From Geosiphon pyriformis uo1 (lineage: Eukaryota; Fungi; Glomeromycota), in the NCBI GenBank assembly GCA_016748015.1, contig JAAOMT010000117.1:1-33217 (forward strand): a stretch of DNA of 33,217 nucleotides, in the 5' to 3' direction. Both the position numbers and the translations under genes were made by a program. Of this stretch, positions 10,950-21,139 are shown one piece after another (the first letter of the stretch is position 1; the number at the start of each line of letters is the position of its first letter). Below the pieces are notes generated by a model, which did no database searches, was not told where the DNA came from, and saw only the letters and a list, made by a program, of their open reading frames with translations.

Positions 10950-11720
10950 TAGCAAAATAATTACCAGAAAATACCCAAACAAAAAAATATATAAAAATTT
11001 CTATACCAAAAATAATTTTTTTTTCTTTCAAATTTTATAATGCTTATTCTCTGAAACATTTAACAAATATTACAAAATTTAATGTTAGCTTAAAAACACT
11101 CCCTGACTTATCCATAATGATCAATAGAAGCCAAATTAATTACACCCAAAAAAAACTATAGTCTTAGTAGTAAATAATTCCCAGAAATATTATTCTTATA
11201 AAACAAATACAAGAAGTTATTCTGAAAGTCAACTATCAGAACTTTTAAAGCAAGCTTTAAAAGAAAACTTTCTTATTATTCTTATTGACATTTTACCAAA
11301 TAACACAATCTAACAAAAACTTTTATTAATTTTTAATAAACAAAACAATAACTATATTTTTATATATAAATATTTTTATATTAAAAAAACACTTTATTAA
11401 CGAAAATTAGAACTTACAACAACAAATCTCACTTTTGAAGCAATACAAAAACAAATTTACAATAATTTAAGACAGCAGTTGGACCAACAAACACTTACTA
11501 TAAACTCAGAGCAGTACTTAGATTTTATGACTTATTCAATACTTGTGAAAACATCTTACAAAATTCAATACTCCAACTAATAAAAATATAATATATTGGT
11601 AAACTCACAGAACTGAAATTTCAACAATTTTCAGACCAAATTACCACGATTATTTTGGACCACTATCTCAATATTACAAATAGTGCTTGGATTTTGATAG
11701 AACTCAGTCTTGAGGAGAAG
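10950..11720 (+). pseudogene. Decayed additional ORF (ORF3) between integrase and PPT, unknown function
   Basis: About 770 bp with the same A/C-rich strand bias as pol and protein-like reading stretches such as RFYDLFNTCENILQNSILQLIKI*YIGKLTELKFQQFSDQITTIILDHY. A positional equivalent lies at 21140-21800 (-). Confidence 0.45.
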
Positions 11721-11721
11721 A
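11712..11721 (+). promoter_or_regulatory. Polypurine tract (plus-strand primer)
   Basis: GAGGAGAAGA, 3 nt upstream of the LTR start TGTTATC at 11725. Confidence 0.75.
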
Positions 11722-11724
11722 TTA

Positions 11725-12638
11725 TGTTATCAGTAGAATTTTAACTATTAATTAGCATGAAATTACCCTTAATTTTTAGCATTAATTAGTATATATTATT
11801 ATCATTTCAATTATCACTTATTAGTTAATCAAATTATTAAATATTATTATTCAATTAATAATCCGATTTGTACTATAGAAATTAAGATGATCAAATTACA
11901 CAATATCTTGAACTATTTAATATTTAAAAATTCGCTGAAATAGATAGAAATTGGCTAAAATAATTAATAATTTGTAGAAATAACTTGTAATTCACTAAAA
12001 TGTATCTTTAGTTTGCTAAAATTATAGTAAAGAAAAAAATGCAAGTTCAAAAACTAGTACTATAACAAGTTGTATAAAAAAAGAGCTTTTTTCTTTAAAA
12101 AAATATATTTATTTTATAGTAAATATCTTAATTAGAATCAATTATTTCTTAAATACTTTTACAAAATTAAATAAAAATCAAATATTCAAAAACCTTAAAT
12201 TTTTAAATTATTATACTTGAAATTGATTAGTTACCAATAAAATTGTTAGTGACTTCAGACCTGGATAGAAAACATTTCTCTTGACAAAATTTTATTTTTT
12301 TTATTTTTTTTTATTTTTTTTATCATAATCATTAGAGTAATTTACAGACAAGATTCCTGTAGAAGAGTTGATTTTTACAGCAAAATAATTATATATTTAG
12401 TAAGCTTCTAGATAAGCAATTTCTGGAAAAGATTTAATATTTACAATAATGTAACTATACTAAGTAACTGGCATAAAATTGGCCATTCTACTTATAAGCT
12501 CAGCAATTCAAATTATAGAAAATAGTTTAAAAAGATAAATTCAGTTATTAAAGGTTCAACTACTTCAAGAAAATGTGAAATCACAGCAATTAGGCATTAA
12601 TAACATTCAAAAAATAAGACCAAAAACCTCTAGTAACA
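11725..12638 (+). repeat. Complete LTR2-family 3' LTR (914 bp)
   Basis: TGTTA...TAACA termini, preceded by the PPT. Homology to 12639-13472 starts exactly at the TG, and homology to 5623-5815 ends exactly at the CA. Confidence 0.88.
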
Positions 12639-13472
12639 GTGAAAAAACCAATTCTATGCCAATTACTTTGTGTAGTTATGTTGTAATAAACATCAACTCT
12701 TTTCCAGAAATTACTCATCTGGAAGCTTACTAAAACTGTATAATTACTTTGCTGTAAAAGTCAATTTTTCTACAGAAATCTTATCTGTAGACTACCCTAA
12801 TAATTATAATAAAAAAAGTAAAAAAATATATAAAAAATATAAAAAAAATAAAATTTTGTCAAGAGAAACATTTTGTATTCAAATCTAGAGTTATTAACAA
12901 ATTTATTGAAATTGGTAGTTAATCAATTTCAAATTGTTAATTGGGTTTCAGCAGTTTTAAATATAATAATTAAAAATTTGGATTTTTGAATATTTGATTT
13001 TTATTTTTAATTTGTAAAAATATATAAAGAATTATTGATTCTAATTAAGATATTTAATAGAAAATAAGATATATTTTTTGAAAAAAAAGCTCTTTTTTTA
13101 TACAACTTGTTATAATACTTGTTTATAAACTTGAATTTTCTTTTTGCTATAATTACAATAAACAAAAGATATATTTTGGCAAACTACAAGTTATTTTGTT
13201 AAACTATTAACTATTTTGGTGAATTATTTATGATTTCGACAAATTTCTACAAATTTCAGTGAATTTTTAAATATTAAATAGTTTAGAGTATTGTGTAATT
13301 TAATCATCTTAATTTCTATAGTACAAATTAGGTTATTAATTAAATAGTACTATTTGATAATTTAATTAATTAATAAGTAATAATTTGAAATAATATTAAT
13401 ATATGCTAATTAATAATAGAAATTATAAGAGTAATTTTATGCTAGTTAATAGCTAAAATTCTATTGATAACA
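12639..13472 (-). repeat. LTR2-family LTR in minus orientation, lacking its last ~147 bp
   Basis: Reverse complement of 11725-12491 with a few indels. Begins TGTTATCAATAG on the minus strand at 13472. Confidence 0.88.
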
Positions 13473-13540
13473 ATGATTTAAAATCATTAAAGCAACTGCA
13501 GTCTAAAAAAAAGTTGGCTGCTTTAGTTGCCTGTTTTATC
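13473..13540 (+). pseudogene. Continuation of LINE copy 1 ORF2 after the LTR-element insertion
   Basis: Reads (Y)DLKSLKQLQSKKKLAALV, matching YGLKSFEQVQSEAKVVALV in copy 2 (ORF 24310-24738). It picks up where copy 1 stops at 5622 (HYFFLY). Confidence 0.8.
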
Positions 13541-14619
13541 AACAGATCTGGGAGTACAATATATTGTTTAGAGTTAAAATTGAAATTTAAATTGCTGTTG
13601 TTGCTGTTATAGTGAACAGAGTTAGAACCATTATTGTTGTTATCATCAGAGTTTGAATTAGGATTGAATTTCAATTCCGATTCCACTGTGTATTTACTGA
13701 TTGGTTCTTTCTCTTCTGAAATTGAATAGATTATATATGGTGGTAGATTATAAATTATGTTACAATTATTACAATACTGGAAGTCACATGGTATTAAACA
13801 GTAGTCACATAGTCAGGTGTTTAGTTGTTTTAAACACTGTTTTTGTTCTTGTCTAGTTGGTGCTAAATTTTGGTAATGCTTATAGAATTTTTTTGGACTC
13901 GCTTTAATGTTGAAAAAAGTATTGAGATTGGGGATAAGAAAAATCTTCACTGGTTTTAGTGAGTTATTCTTAATTTTTAAATTTTGCTGGACAAAACATT
14001 TTCGACTTTGGCACTTGTTATTCTTTAGGTCTTATTTTTATTATATAAATAATCATTTAAGCATAACAAACTATGGTTTCATGCAGTATTGAAAGACATT
14101 TCTCTGCTGACTAAATCATTTATAAAGACCGTATATTGGCATGAGATGTCACACATTCTCCTTAACCAGAAATGTTATTCCATATTTTTTTTGTTAAATA
14201 ACTGTTTTCTACAAGCAAGACATAGTTTGTTGTCCCACTTGCCTTGCCATTTGAGGTGACTATAGCATTTTCTGTGGTATGGCTTACAATAGTAGTATGT
14301 GCATATTTAGTAGTTTTTGTTAGGTGTAATCTATGCTTCCATGAAAAACAGTTTTTTTTTGCAGTTCTTATATTTGAGTGGAATATATAGTGGTTCTTTT
14401 CTTGTATTTACTGAGTATAATTTTTCTCATCCACTAATTATTTTTTCTGTAGTAGTGGTTTCTTCGAGTTTGTCTTCTTTTTTTCTCTTTCTTTTGTCAT
14501 TTCAGTCTAAAAGTAATAGTAGCTCATTATGGTTATCTTTAGCCCATAAAATTTGGTAGGCTTTCCAAGTAGGTTTTTTTTTTTTTCGAATTTAATTAAT
14601 GATGGCAGTTGAGTGGCAT

Positions 14620-15030
14620 TTGTCTTAAAATGGCTGCAGGTGGCAGATATCTGAATTTGCTGACTATTTTGACTGAGCTGAAACTCTTGTGTAGTTTAGT
14701 TGAAGATAGCATTGGTCTTGAACAGTCAGTCATTATCAACTAATACTTAGTACTATGTGGTTTCTATGACAAAAACTTTTATGAGTGTGATAATACTGTT
14801 GACTTTAAAAAGAAAGTCATTGATCTTATTAATGAGCATTTTTGTCATTCTATTGGCAATAATAATTCTGGTGCTGATAACATGATCAACTCAACAACCA
14901 AATTGGTCTATGAATTGTTATGTAATAATGCTGCTTACTAATTCACTATCAAGAATTAGTTTGATGGATTAACTATTGACTTTAGTATTAGTATATATAG
15001 TGATAATAGGTTTGGTATTTAGAATAGCTT
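14620..15030 (-). pseudogene. Retropepsin-like aspartic protease (decayed)
   Basis: LILDSEL (LILDSGS-like) at 14941-14959, flap-like RIIIANRMTK, and VLVDND*L (LVGNDWL-like). Confidence 0.8.
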
Positions 15031-15049
15031 TACTGAATAATAGTGTTTC

Positions 15050-17560
15050 TAATGAAGTGTCTATTTTAAAAGAGAATATTGTGGCAAGAGATTTATCTTT
15101 AGTAACAGTTGCAAGTGGAATGTTGTTGGTAAGTATTTGTTTCTGATTAATTTTTGGTTTGTTAAATTAGGTATTTTCTGGGGTAACCAAGAGACTTAAA
15201 TAGTTCTGGAAATTTGGGTTTTGGTTGTATCCAGTATCCAAACTCCACTGGCAGAATTCTGATGTCTGACTTGATGAACTGGAAATTGGTTGGTGTATTA
15301 CTATTACTAATCTCCAGTTTTGCTGTGTATGTATAATTCTTGGTCTTTGGTTTCCAGATGACATTTGAATTAAGTTTTGTGGTAGTGTTGGGATAGATTG
15401 GAGTTGATAGATTACTTGTGACTGCAGATTATAAATTACTAAAACTGGGATTCGATAGATTGGAGATGTGTATATTGGTTGTAATATTATTTGTGAGTAA
15501 TGAGATTGATATTGATCTTAATTTAGGGAATAATTTAGAGTTTAAAACCAGTAATTGGAATTTTGATGTTGATTTTCTGATCATTGGTTATTTAATCTTA
15601 ATTGACAGTCTATTCTTAGGTGTTTTTACTTACAACAGTAGTGGCAGACACACATTTTTTACTGCCATTGTTGATTTGATAAGAATAGACATGACTGATT
15701 TTGGAATTGATTAGAGTTTTTTTGATTATTGTGCCATTGTGGAGGTTGATAAATGGTCTGATTGTTAGCTATATATTCTTCCAATTTTTGATTAATTAAA
15801 TTACTGAATTGTTTTAATTTTGAGTCCAAGTCAAATAATCTGTTTATTACTAAGTTTACAGCTTAGACATAATTGGCTTCTAATTTAGTTGATTTAAAGT
15901 CTTTAGTGTGGGTAACTGCAGTTTGAAGATCAGTTAGATGTAATAAACATATACATTGTAGAATGCTACTGTATAATTCACAAATGAATTGATTCAAGAT
16001 TTGTGCTATTGTGAAATAATTGACATCAATGGCTTGAATTTGGCACAAATTGCAATGGAAATCTTACAAGTATGTAGTAATAGCTTTAGTCTCTCCTTGT
16101 TTGATGCTAATAAAAATATTTGCCAATTAATTGATGCTATTATTATTACTAAAATACCTTAAAAATTCAACTTTAAAAGTGTTGAAATTTTGGAGTTTTT
16201 GTGTTAAGCTTTGATACCATGAGTTAACAATATTTTGTAAGAAATATGAAATTGCCTAAAGAGCTCTAATGTCATTCCAATTATTAGCCATAATGGTTTT
16301 GATGATATTATTTAGCCAGACTTGAATGTCATTCTTTTTACTGGTAAACTTTTCTAATTTGGCAATTAGTGTATATATTATTGGTGCTATTATTGGTTGT
16401 TGTTATGGTTGTGATTAAAGTAATTATTATAACTATTAATATTGTTTGTAATTGGGGCAATTGGTGATAGATTAATTATGATTACTGGAGGTAAATTTTG
16501 GAGAATACTAAAAGCAAGATTTTGATTGTTTTAATTTTGCTGAGTTGAAATAATTGGGATTTGTATTTCTGGGTTTTCTGGAATTGGGTTTTGATAATTA
16601 AATTCTTAATTTTTGTCTTTCTTTTCTTTTGATTCCATTACTTTCCAAAGACTAGCAATTTCAAAATTTGGTTAAAGTGGCAGTAATCAAAATTTTGATG
16701 GCATTTGAGATTATGATTTAAATCTTTTAAAATAATTGCCATAAGTTCTTAATAACTCTGCTTTCTTCTGTTTACTTTAAAACAAAATTCTGTTTAGTAA
16801 TATTATTGTGTTTGTTGTGAATACACCTATTAATATTATATTGATGATACTTCTAGATGTGTAATAATATGATAAATTAGCTGGTAAATTAACTCTCTGT
16901 TTCTTCCAAGTAGGTAATTGTATTTGCTTTGAGATTCTTGCTGGTGTTTGTAATTTTCCTTTGTTTTTTTCTGTATAAATAACAAAAAATGTTTGTTAGA
17001 TGTAATTTTCAATTTTTCTGTTGATTTCAGTAATAATTAAAGCAAAGTTGTGGTTTAATAATAAACTGATATATTGAATTAATTTGTTGTAAAATTTTTT
17101 TTTTACTAATATAGTATTTATTGGTTCTTTCAGAAAATATTTAATTTTTTTATTAATTTAAAAGTTGAAGGCTAATTCTGCTAATAATTAGTGTTGATTA
17201 ATTTCAAGTGTTAACAATAATATTGAAATAAGAATTTGGCAAATTCTAAATAATTTGTTTTTCTTCTTTCTAATTCTGCTACTTTTGAATAATTGTTGTT
17301 GGTGCTAATTTTCTGTAGGATTATATCTTACAAAGAGCACTAAATGTTACAAGTAATTATTTGGGATCTGAAAACAAATAACAAACTCATAACTTGGTAA
17401 TTAATTGATTTAATAGTGACTAATATCTGAAAGTTTTGGTGTCTGAAGATTTTGGTTGTATAATAAACAAAGATTCAAATGTTATTTATCTATAGCTTTC
17501 TAAAATTGCAATTCTGTCAAATTTTTTTCTTAGTATGGTGGCTGGCAATCCTTTTGGTAA
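15050..17560 (-). pseudogene. gag: Ty3/Gypsy gag pseudogene (near full length)
   Basis: Inverted homologue of 6560-8030 that continues through CQIQAIDVNYFTIAQILNQFICEL...AVTHTKDFKSTKLEAN and Q/P/S/T-rich C-terminal regions. Confidence 0.8.
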
Positions 17561-17620
17561 GTTATCCTCAATAATAAGTGTTCTATTCTTGTTTTATAAA
17601 TCTTTTACCAATCTCTTTAA

Positions 17621-18143
17621 TGTTAGTAATTCTGTATATTAATTTTTAATTAATTAGTAAATAATAACAAAACAAAATAAAATAAAATAAAATAAAAAAA
17701 TAAACCAAGGCAAGAAAGAGTTAGTATATTATCAATAGTCATGATTAAGAACTATTGGTCTAGTGTAATTAAATATCTGTAATTATTAACATAAAATTGT
17801 TGATAATGAAAAAATAGATTGTAATAATAACAAGTATTTTATTGATATTTAATGTTTCCACTTCAAGTCATAGAATACTAGCATATAAAGAGGTGAATAT
17901 AGAATAGAACTGGAAGTTCTAAACTAAGAATTCTGTTCTTTCTGCTTCTAATACTACCACTATATATACATAAATTTTGTTATGAGATTCCTTAAATTTT
18001 TTAATTCTCTAACCAAAAATCTTAGAATTTCTGAAATCCTGCAATTTTTCTAAAAAGAATTCTGGAATTCTACTTTTACTATGTCTTATCCTGATTGGCT
18101 AATTTATGTATTAATATATAACTCATATATTTTATAAATAACA
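17621..18143 (-). repeat. LTR1-family 5' LTR (523 bp)
   Basis: On the minus strand it starts TGTTATT (18143) and ends ACTAACA (17621), followed 10 nt later by a PBS-like TGGTAAAAGA. Confidence 0.78.
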
Positions 18144-19885
18144 ATACTAAACCAAAGAAAAATTGTAGTTTATGAATTTTTATTAGTTGTTTAATGTTTT
18201 AAATCTTTTCAATCTTGGCTGGGTCAAAAAAGATTCTATTTTTTGTAATAAGATGTTCAAGGAACTAAATAAATTGACATTCAAAAAAGATTTGATTGAA
18301 TTGATTTTAAGACCAGTATTTCTAAAGAAATCAAAAATTTTTTGTAAATATTCAAGATATTTATTCAAAATTTTTGAGTATACTATTATGTTGTCTAAAT
18401 AAACCAGAACAAAGTTTTCTTTTATTGATTCAAATACTTTGTCCATTAAACATTGAAAAATGAGAAGAGCATTAGTAAGACCAAAAAACATAGCTGTAAA
18501 TTTATAGATGCCATATTTAATAATGAAGACAGTTTTTTTTCTGCTTTCTGGATCTATTTCTACTTGCCAGAATTCAGTAGTTAAATTAATAATTGAAAAG
18601 AAAACAGCACTATTAAATTGATTCAATATTGTATCAATTTTGGAAAGTGGATATATGGTTTTTTAGTGATGATATTTAATTGGTAATAATTAATATCAAA
18701 ATATAGAGTTTTACCTTTTTTGAATACTATTACAACTAGAAATGCTTATTTATTCTTAGTTTTTTGTATAAATTTAAGATTTTTTATCCAGTTTATTTTT
18801 TTCTTAATGAGTTTATTATTATAAAAATTAAATTAATAAGACTTTAAATAGATAAAGTGAGTTTCACTAATAGTAATAGTGTGTTGTATTACATAAATCT
18901 ATTCAAAAATATTTTTTTTTTAAGATAACTGAATTATTTTTAGCCAGCAGATTTTCAATGTTAATTTTTCTTTCTTCTAAAAAGAGTTTTTTTTGTATTA
19001 TTATTATTAATTGTATCTTTGGTGGTTTATTTTTAAAGAACTTCTGTATTTTTTTTATTTTTTTTTAAGATATTAATATGATTGGTTTTTAATTTTTGTA
19101 ATAGATTAGACAAAACATTTATTTATTACTAAGAGAATACAATAGTTTATTGTACTAATATCAAGCACAAAAATTATGTCACCAATAACTGTATTTCACT
19201 TTTTTGTTAAGTTTTTTATCAAAGGTTCTTTTAAGAATATCATAATAAGGCCAACAAATCAACTTGTCATTTACAATAATTTCTTTTTTGTTAGCTTTAA
19301 TATTATTTAATGATTTGTTATTGTTGGTGAAAATAGTGTAAACAAGTTCAGCAGTTTTTTTTTTTTTTGTTTTTCTTTTTTATTGCTCTTTTTATTATCT
19401 GATTTATCTAATTGTTTTTCTTCTTGGTTCTGCTTGGATACTAAAAAAGTTGTCTAATAATAACACTTAAACACAATAAACTTATCATAATATTTAATGA
19501 TTTATTTACACAGTTTATAATCAAGTAAAACTTTGGCTTTTTTAAGTTACTTATTGTTAACAATTATGGTTTACTCTTTTGCTTTAAGAACTTTTATGTC
19601 AGTTTTAATGCTAATATTATTAATGTAAACAAAAACAGTTTTGGTTATGTCCAGACTTTTTTTTGTTACTATGTATATTGGTTATTGATTAAGTAAAAAG
19701 TTCATCAATTTTTTTGTCAATTGATTTAAAAAAGTGTTTGACAATAATACTAACAAATAATTTTTTGTTTAAAATCAAATTAATAAAATAACCAGCCATT
19801 TGGGCTTTGCAAATTAGAGAAATAATATTACTATTATTAATTAGTTTAGCTTAATAAGAACACTTGTTGGTTTTTGAATAATTTT
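18144..19885 (-). pseudogene. pol: Ty3/Gypsy protease - spacer - RT fragment of a different family
   Basis: Protease SLICKAQMAGYFINLILNKKL at ~19760-19820. RT in ORF 18183-18626: FWQVEID, AMFFGLTNA, VYLDNII. DPAKIEKI...FFFGLV is cut at 18144 by the LTR1 terminus. Confidence 0.88.
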
Positions 19886-20305
19886 TTTGTCTTATATATA
19901 TAGTTTGTAATTATTTGACAATCTAAAAATTATCTGCTGTTTTTGAACATGCCTTTTTTGTAAATAAAAATATAATTACAAATATGAAAACTTGCTTAGT
20001 GCCTAAAACTATAAAAACAGCATAGTGTTTTTGATCATAGATATGAGAACTATTAAAAAAAAATTAAATAATAATATAGTATAATATAATGTTTTTAATA
20101 GTTGAATCTAAAAAAATTCATAAACTTTAAACTAAACTTAAACCAAACTTGTTGTATGTGTTTGAATTTGGTTCAGATTTGGTAATTTTAATTTGGTTTA
20201 AGTTTGAGTTTAAAATTTTGCCAAATTTTTTGTTTGAGTTTAGTTCAATTCAGTTCAGTAATTTGATTAAACTTAAATTGAACTAGACCAAACATCAGAA
20301 TTCTA
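19886..20305 (+). mobile_element. 3' end of a hAT-superfamily DNA transposon (C-terminal dimerisation domain, subterminal repeats and terminus)
   Basis: The + frame reads VCNYLTI*KLSAVFEHAFFVNKNIITNMKTCLVPKTIKTA*CF*S*I, a decayed ARDYLxIxxSSxxSERAFS...RxxLxPxT...CLRSW motif. Then AAAC(C/T)AAAC and GTTCAGTTCAG repeats, ending ...GAATTCTA at 20305, where gag-leader homology resumes. Confidence 0.75.
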
Positions 20306-20520
20306 TGTTCAATAACTATTAATAATAATGCTTTCTGAAGGTTTTGTGATCTAAAAAAGTTGGTTGAATTTTTTATATAATGAATAAAAATTTAATTAAT
20401 GGTTTTTTTGATAATTTTTTTTTAGTATAGTGGCTGGTTTAATTTAACAGTTGTATTCTTTTGATAAACTATTAAGTTTTTTATTCTTGTTTTATAAGTT
20501 TTTTACCAGACTATCTTTAA
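20306..20520 (-). mobile_element. PBS-like site and leader/gag start downstream of an LTR1 copy
   Basis: Homologous to 6490-6722 (+) and 17400-17620 (-), e.g. CTGGTAAAAAACTTATAAAACAAGAATA and CAAAACCTTCAGA. Confidence 0.7.
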
Positions 20521-21122
20521 TGTCAATTATTTAATACTTAATTTTTTAATTAATTAGTAAACAACAAAAAAAAATAAAAAAAAATAAAAGAAAAAAAAAA
20601 AAATAAGAAATTAATATCTTGTCAATAACTATAATCAAAAGCTATTGTTTTAGTATGGTTAAGTATTATATTTTATCAAAATTGATTGTTGATAATATAA
20701 AAATGATAAAAATTTTTAATTAAGTGATAATAACATAAATTAAATAATAATTGAGTATTTTATTGAGATATAAATATAATTTTACTTCAAGTTATAGCAA
20801 ACTATCTTTTAAAAAAAAAATATTAAATAATTACTTGTTATTAGCTACCATTCTGTTTTTTTTGCTTTTAATACTCTTACAATATATACATAATTTGTGT
20901 TATATAAGATCTTATATATTTTTACTTTTTTTTTGTACTATTTTTTGGAAATGTGCTGTGATTTTTTGAAAATATGTTTATTTTTTGAGGATATATATAT
21001 TTTTGAAAATATGTCATGATTTTCTAAAAATATGCTTATTTGTTAAATACTATTCTTTTATTAGTCTATTTTATGATTTGTTTTTTCTTATTTTTTCTTG
21101 TGCTTTTTTTTTATAAATAATA
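20521..21122 (-). repeat. LTR1-family LTR variant (~600 bp)
   Basis: Minus strand TATTATTTATA (decayed TGTTA) ... TTGACA. Shares the AAAACAATAGCTTTTGATTATAGTTATTGACAA block with ~6333-6365. Confidence 0.7.
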
Positions 21123-21136
21123 TTATCTCCTTTTTC
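21123..21136 (-). promoter_or_regulatory. Polypurine tract
   Basis: Minus strand GAAAAAGGAGATAA immediately before the LTR start at 21122. Confidence 0.65.
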
Positions 21137-21139
21137 AAT

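Larger units (their letters stand above)
13543..18143 (-). mobile_element. Ty3/Gypsy element, LTR1 family: 5' LTR - gag - protease - Cys-rich region; RT-RH-IN and 3' LTR missing
   Basis: LTR at 17621-18143, gag motifs (AQILNQFICEL in ORF 15863-16048), aspartic protease IKLILDSELVSSII at ~14925-14970, then Cys-rich and Asn-rich segments. Confidence 0.85.

Noticed and set aside
5623-12638. A single RT-encoding element with ~190-bp terminal inverted repeats (DIRS-like or Ginger-like)
   Set aside because: The right repeat is the end of a full PPT-preceded LTR. The LINE resumes at 13473 rather than 12639, no TSD flanks 5623/12638, and the integrase is DDE type with no tyrosine recombinase seen.
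5922-12638. An LTR-less Gypsy element with only TGTTAC...GTAACA ends
   Set aside because: The two ends belong to different LTR families, there is no TSD (AAAC vs GTGA), and gag is fused abruptly to RT at ~8030. It is a deletion chimera.
13532-13544. TGTT-TTATC-AACA as a fused LTR-end footprint
   Set aside because: Only 4 bp of symmetry at a deletion junction, and it can be read as LINE codons. This is expected by chance.
20097-20320. Stand-alone MITE with imperfect TIRs
   Set aside because: Transposase-derived sequence lies directly upstream and gag-leader homology resumes at 20306, so it is better explained as the 3' end of a hAT element.
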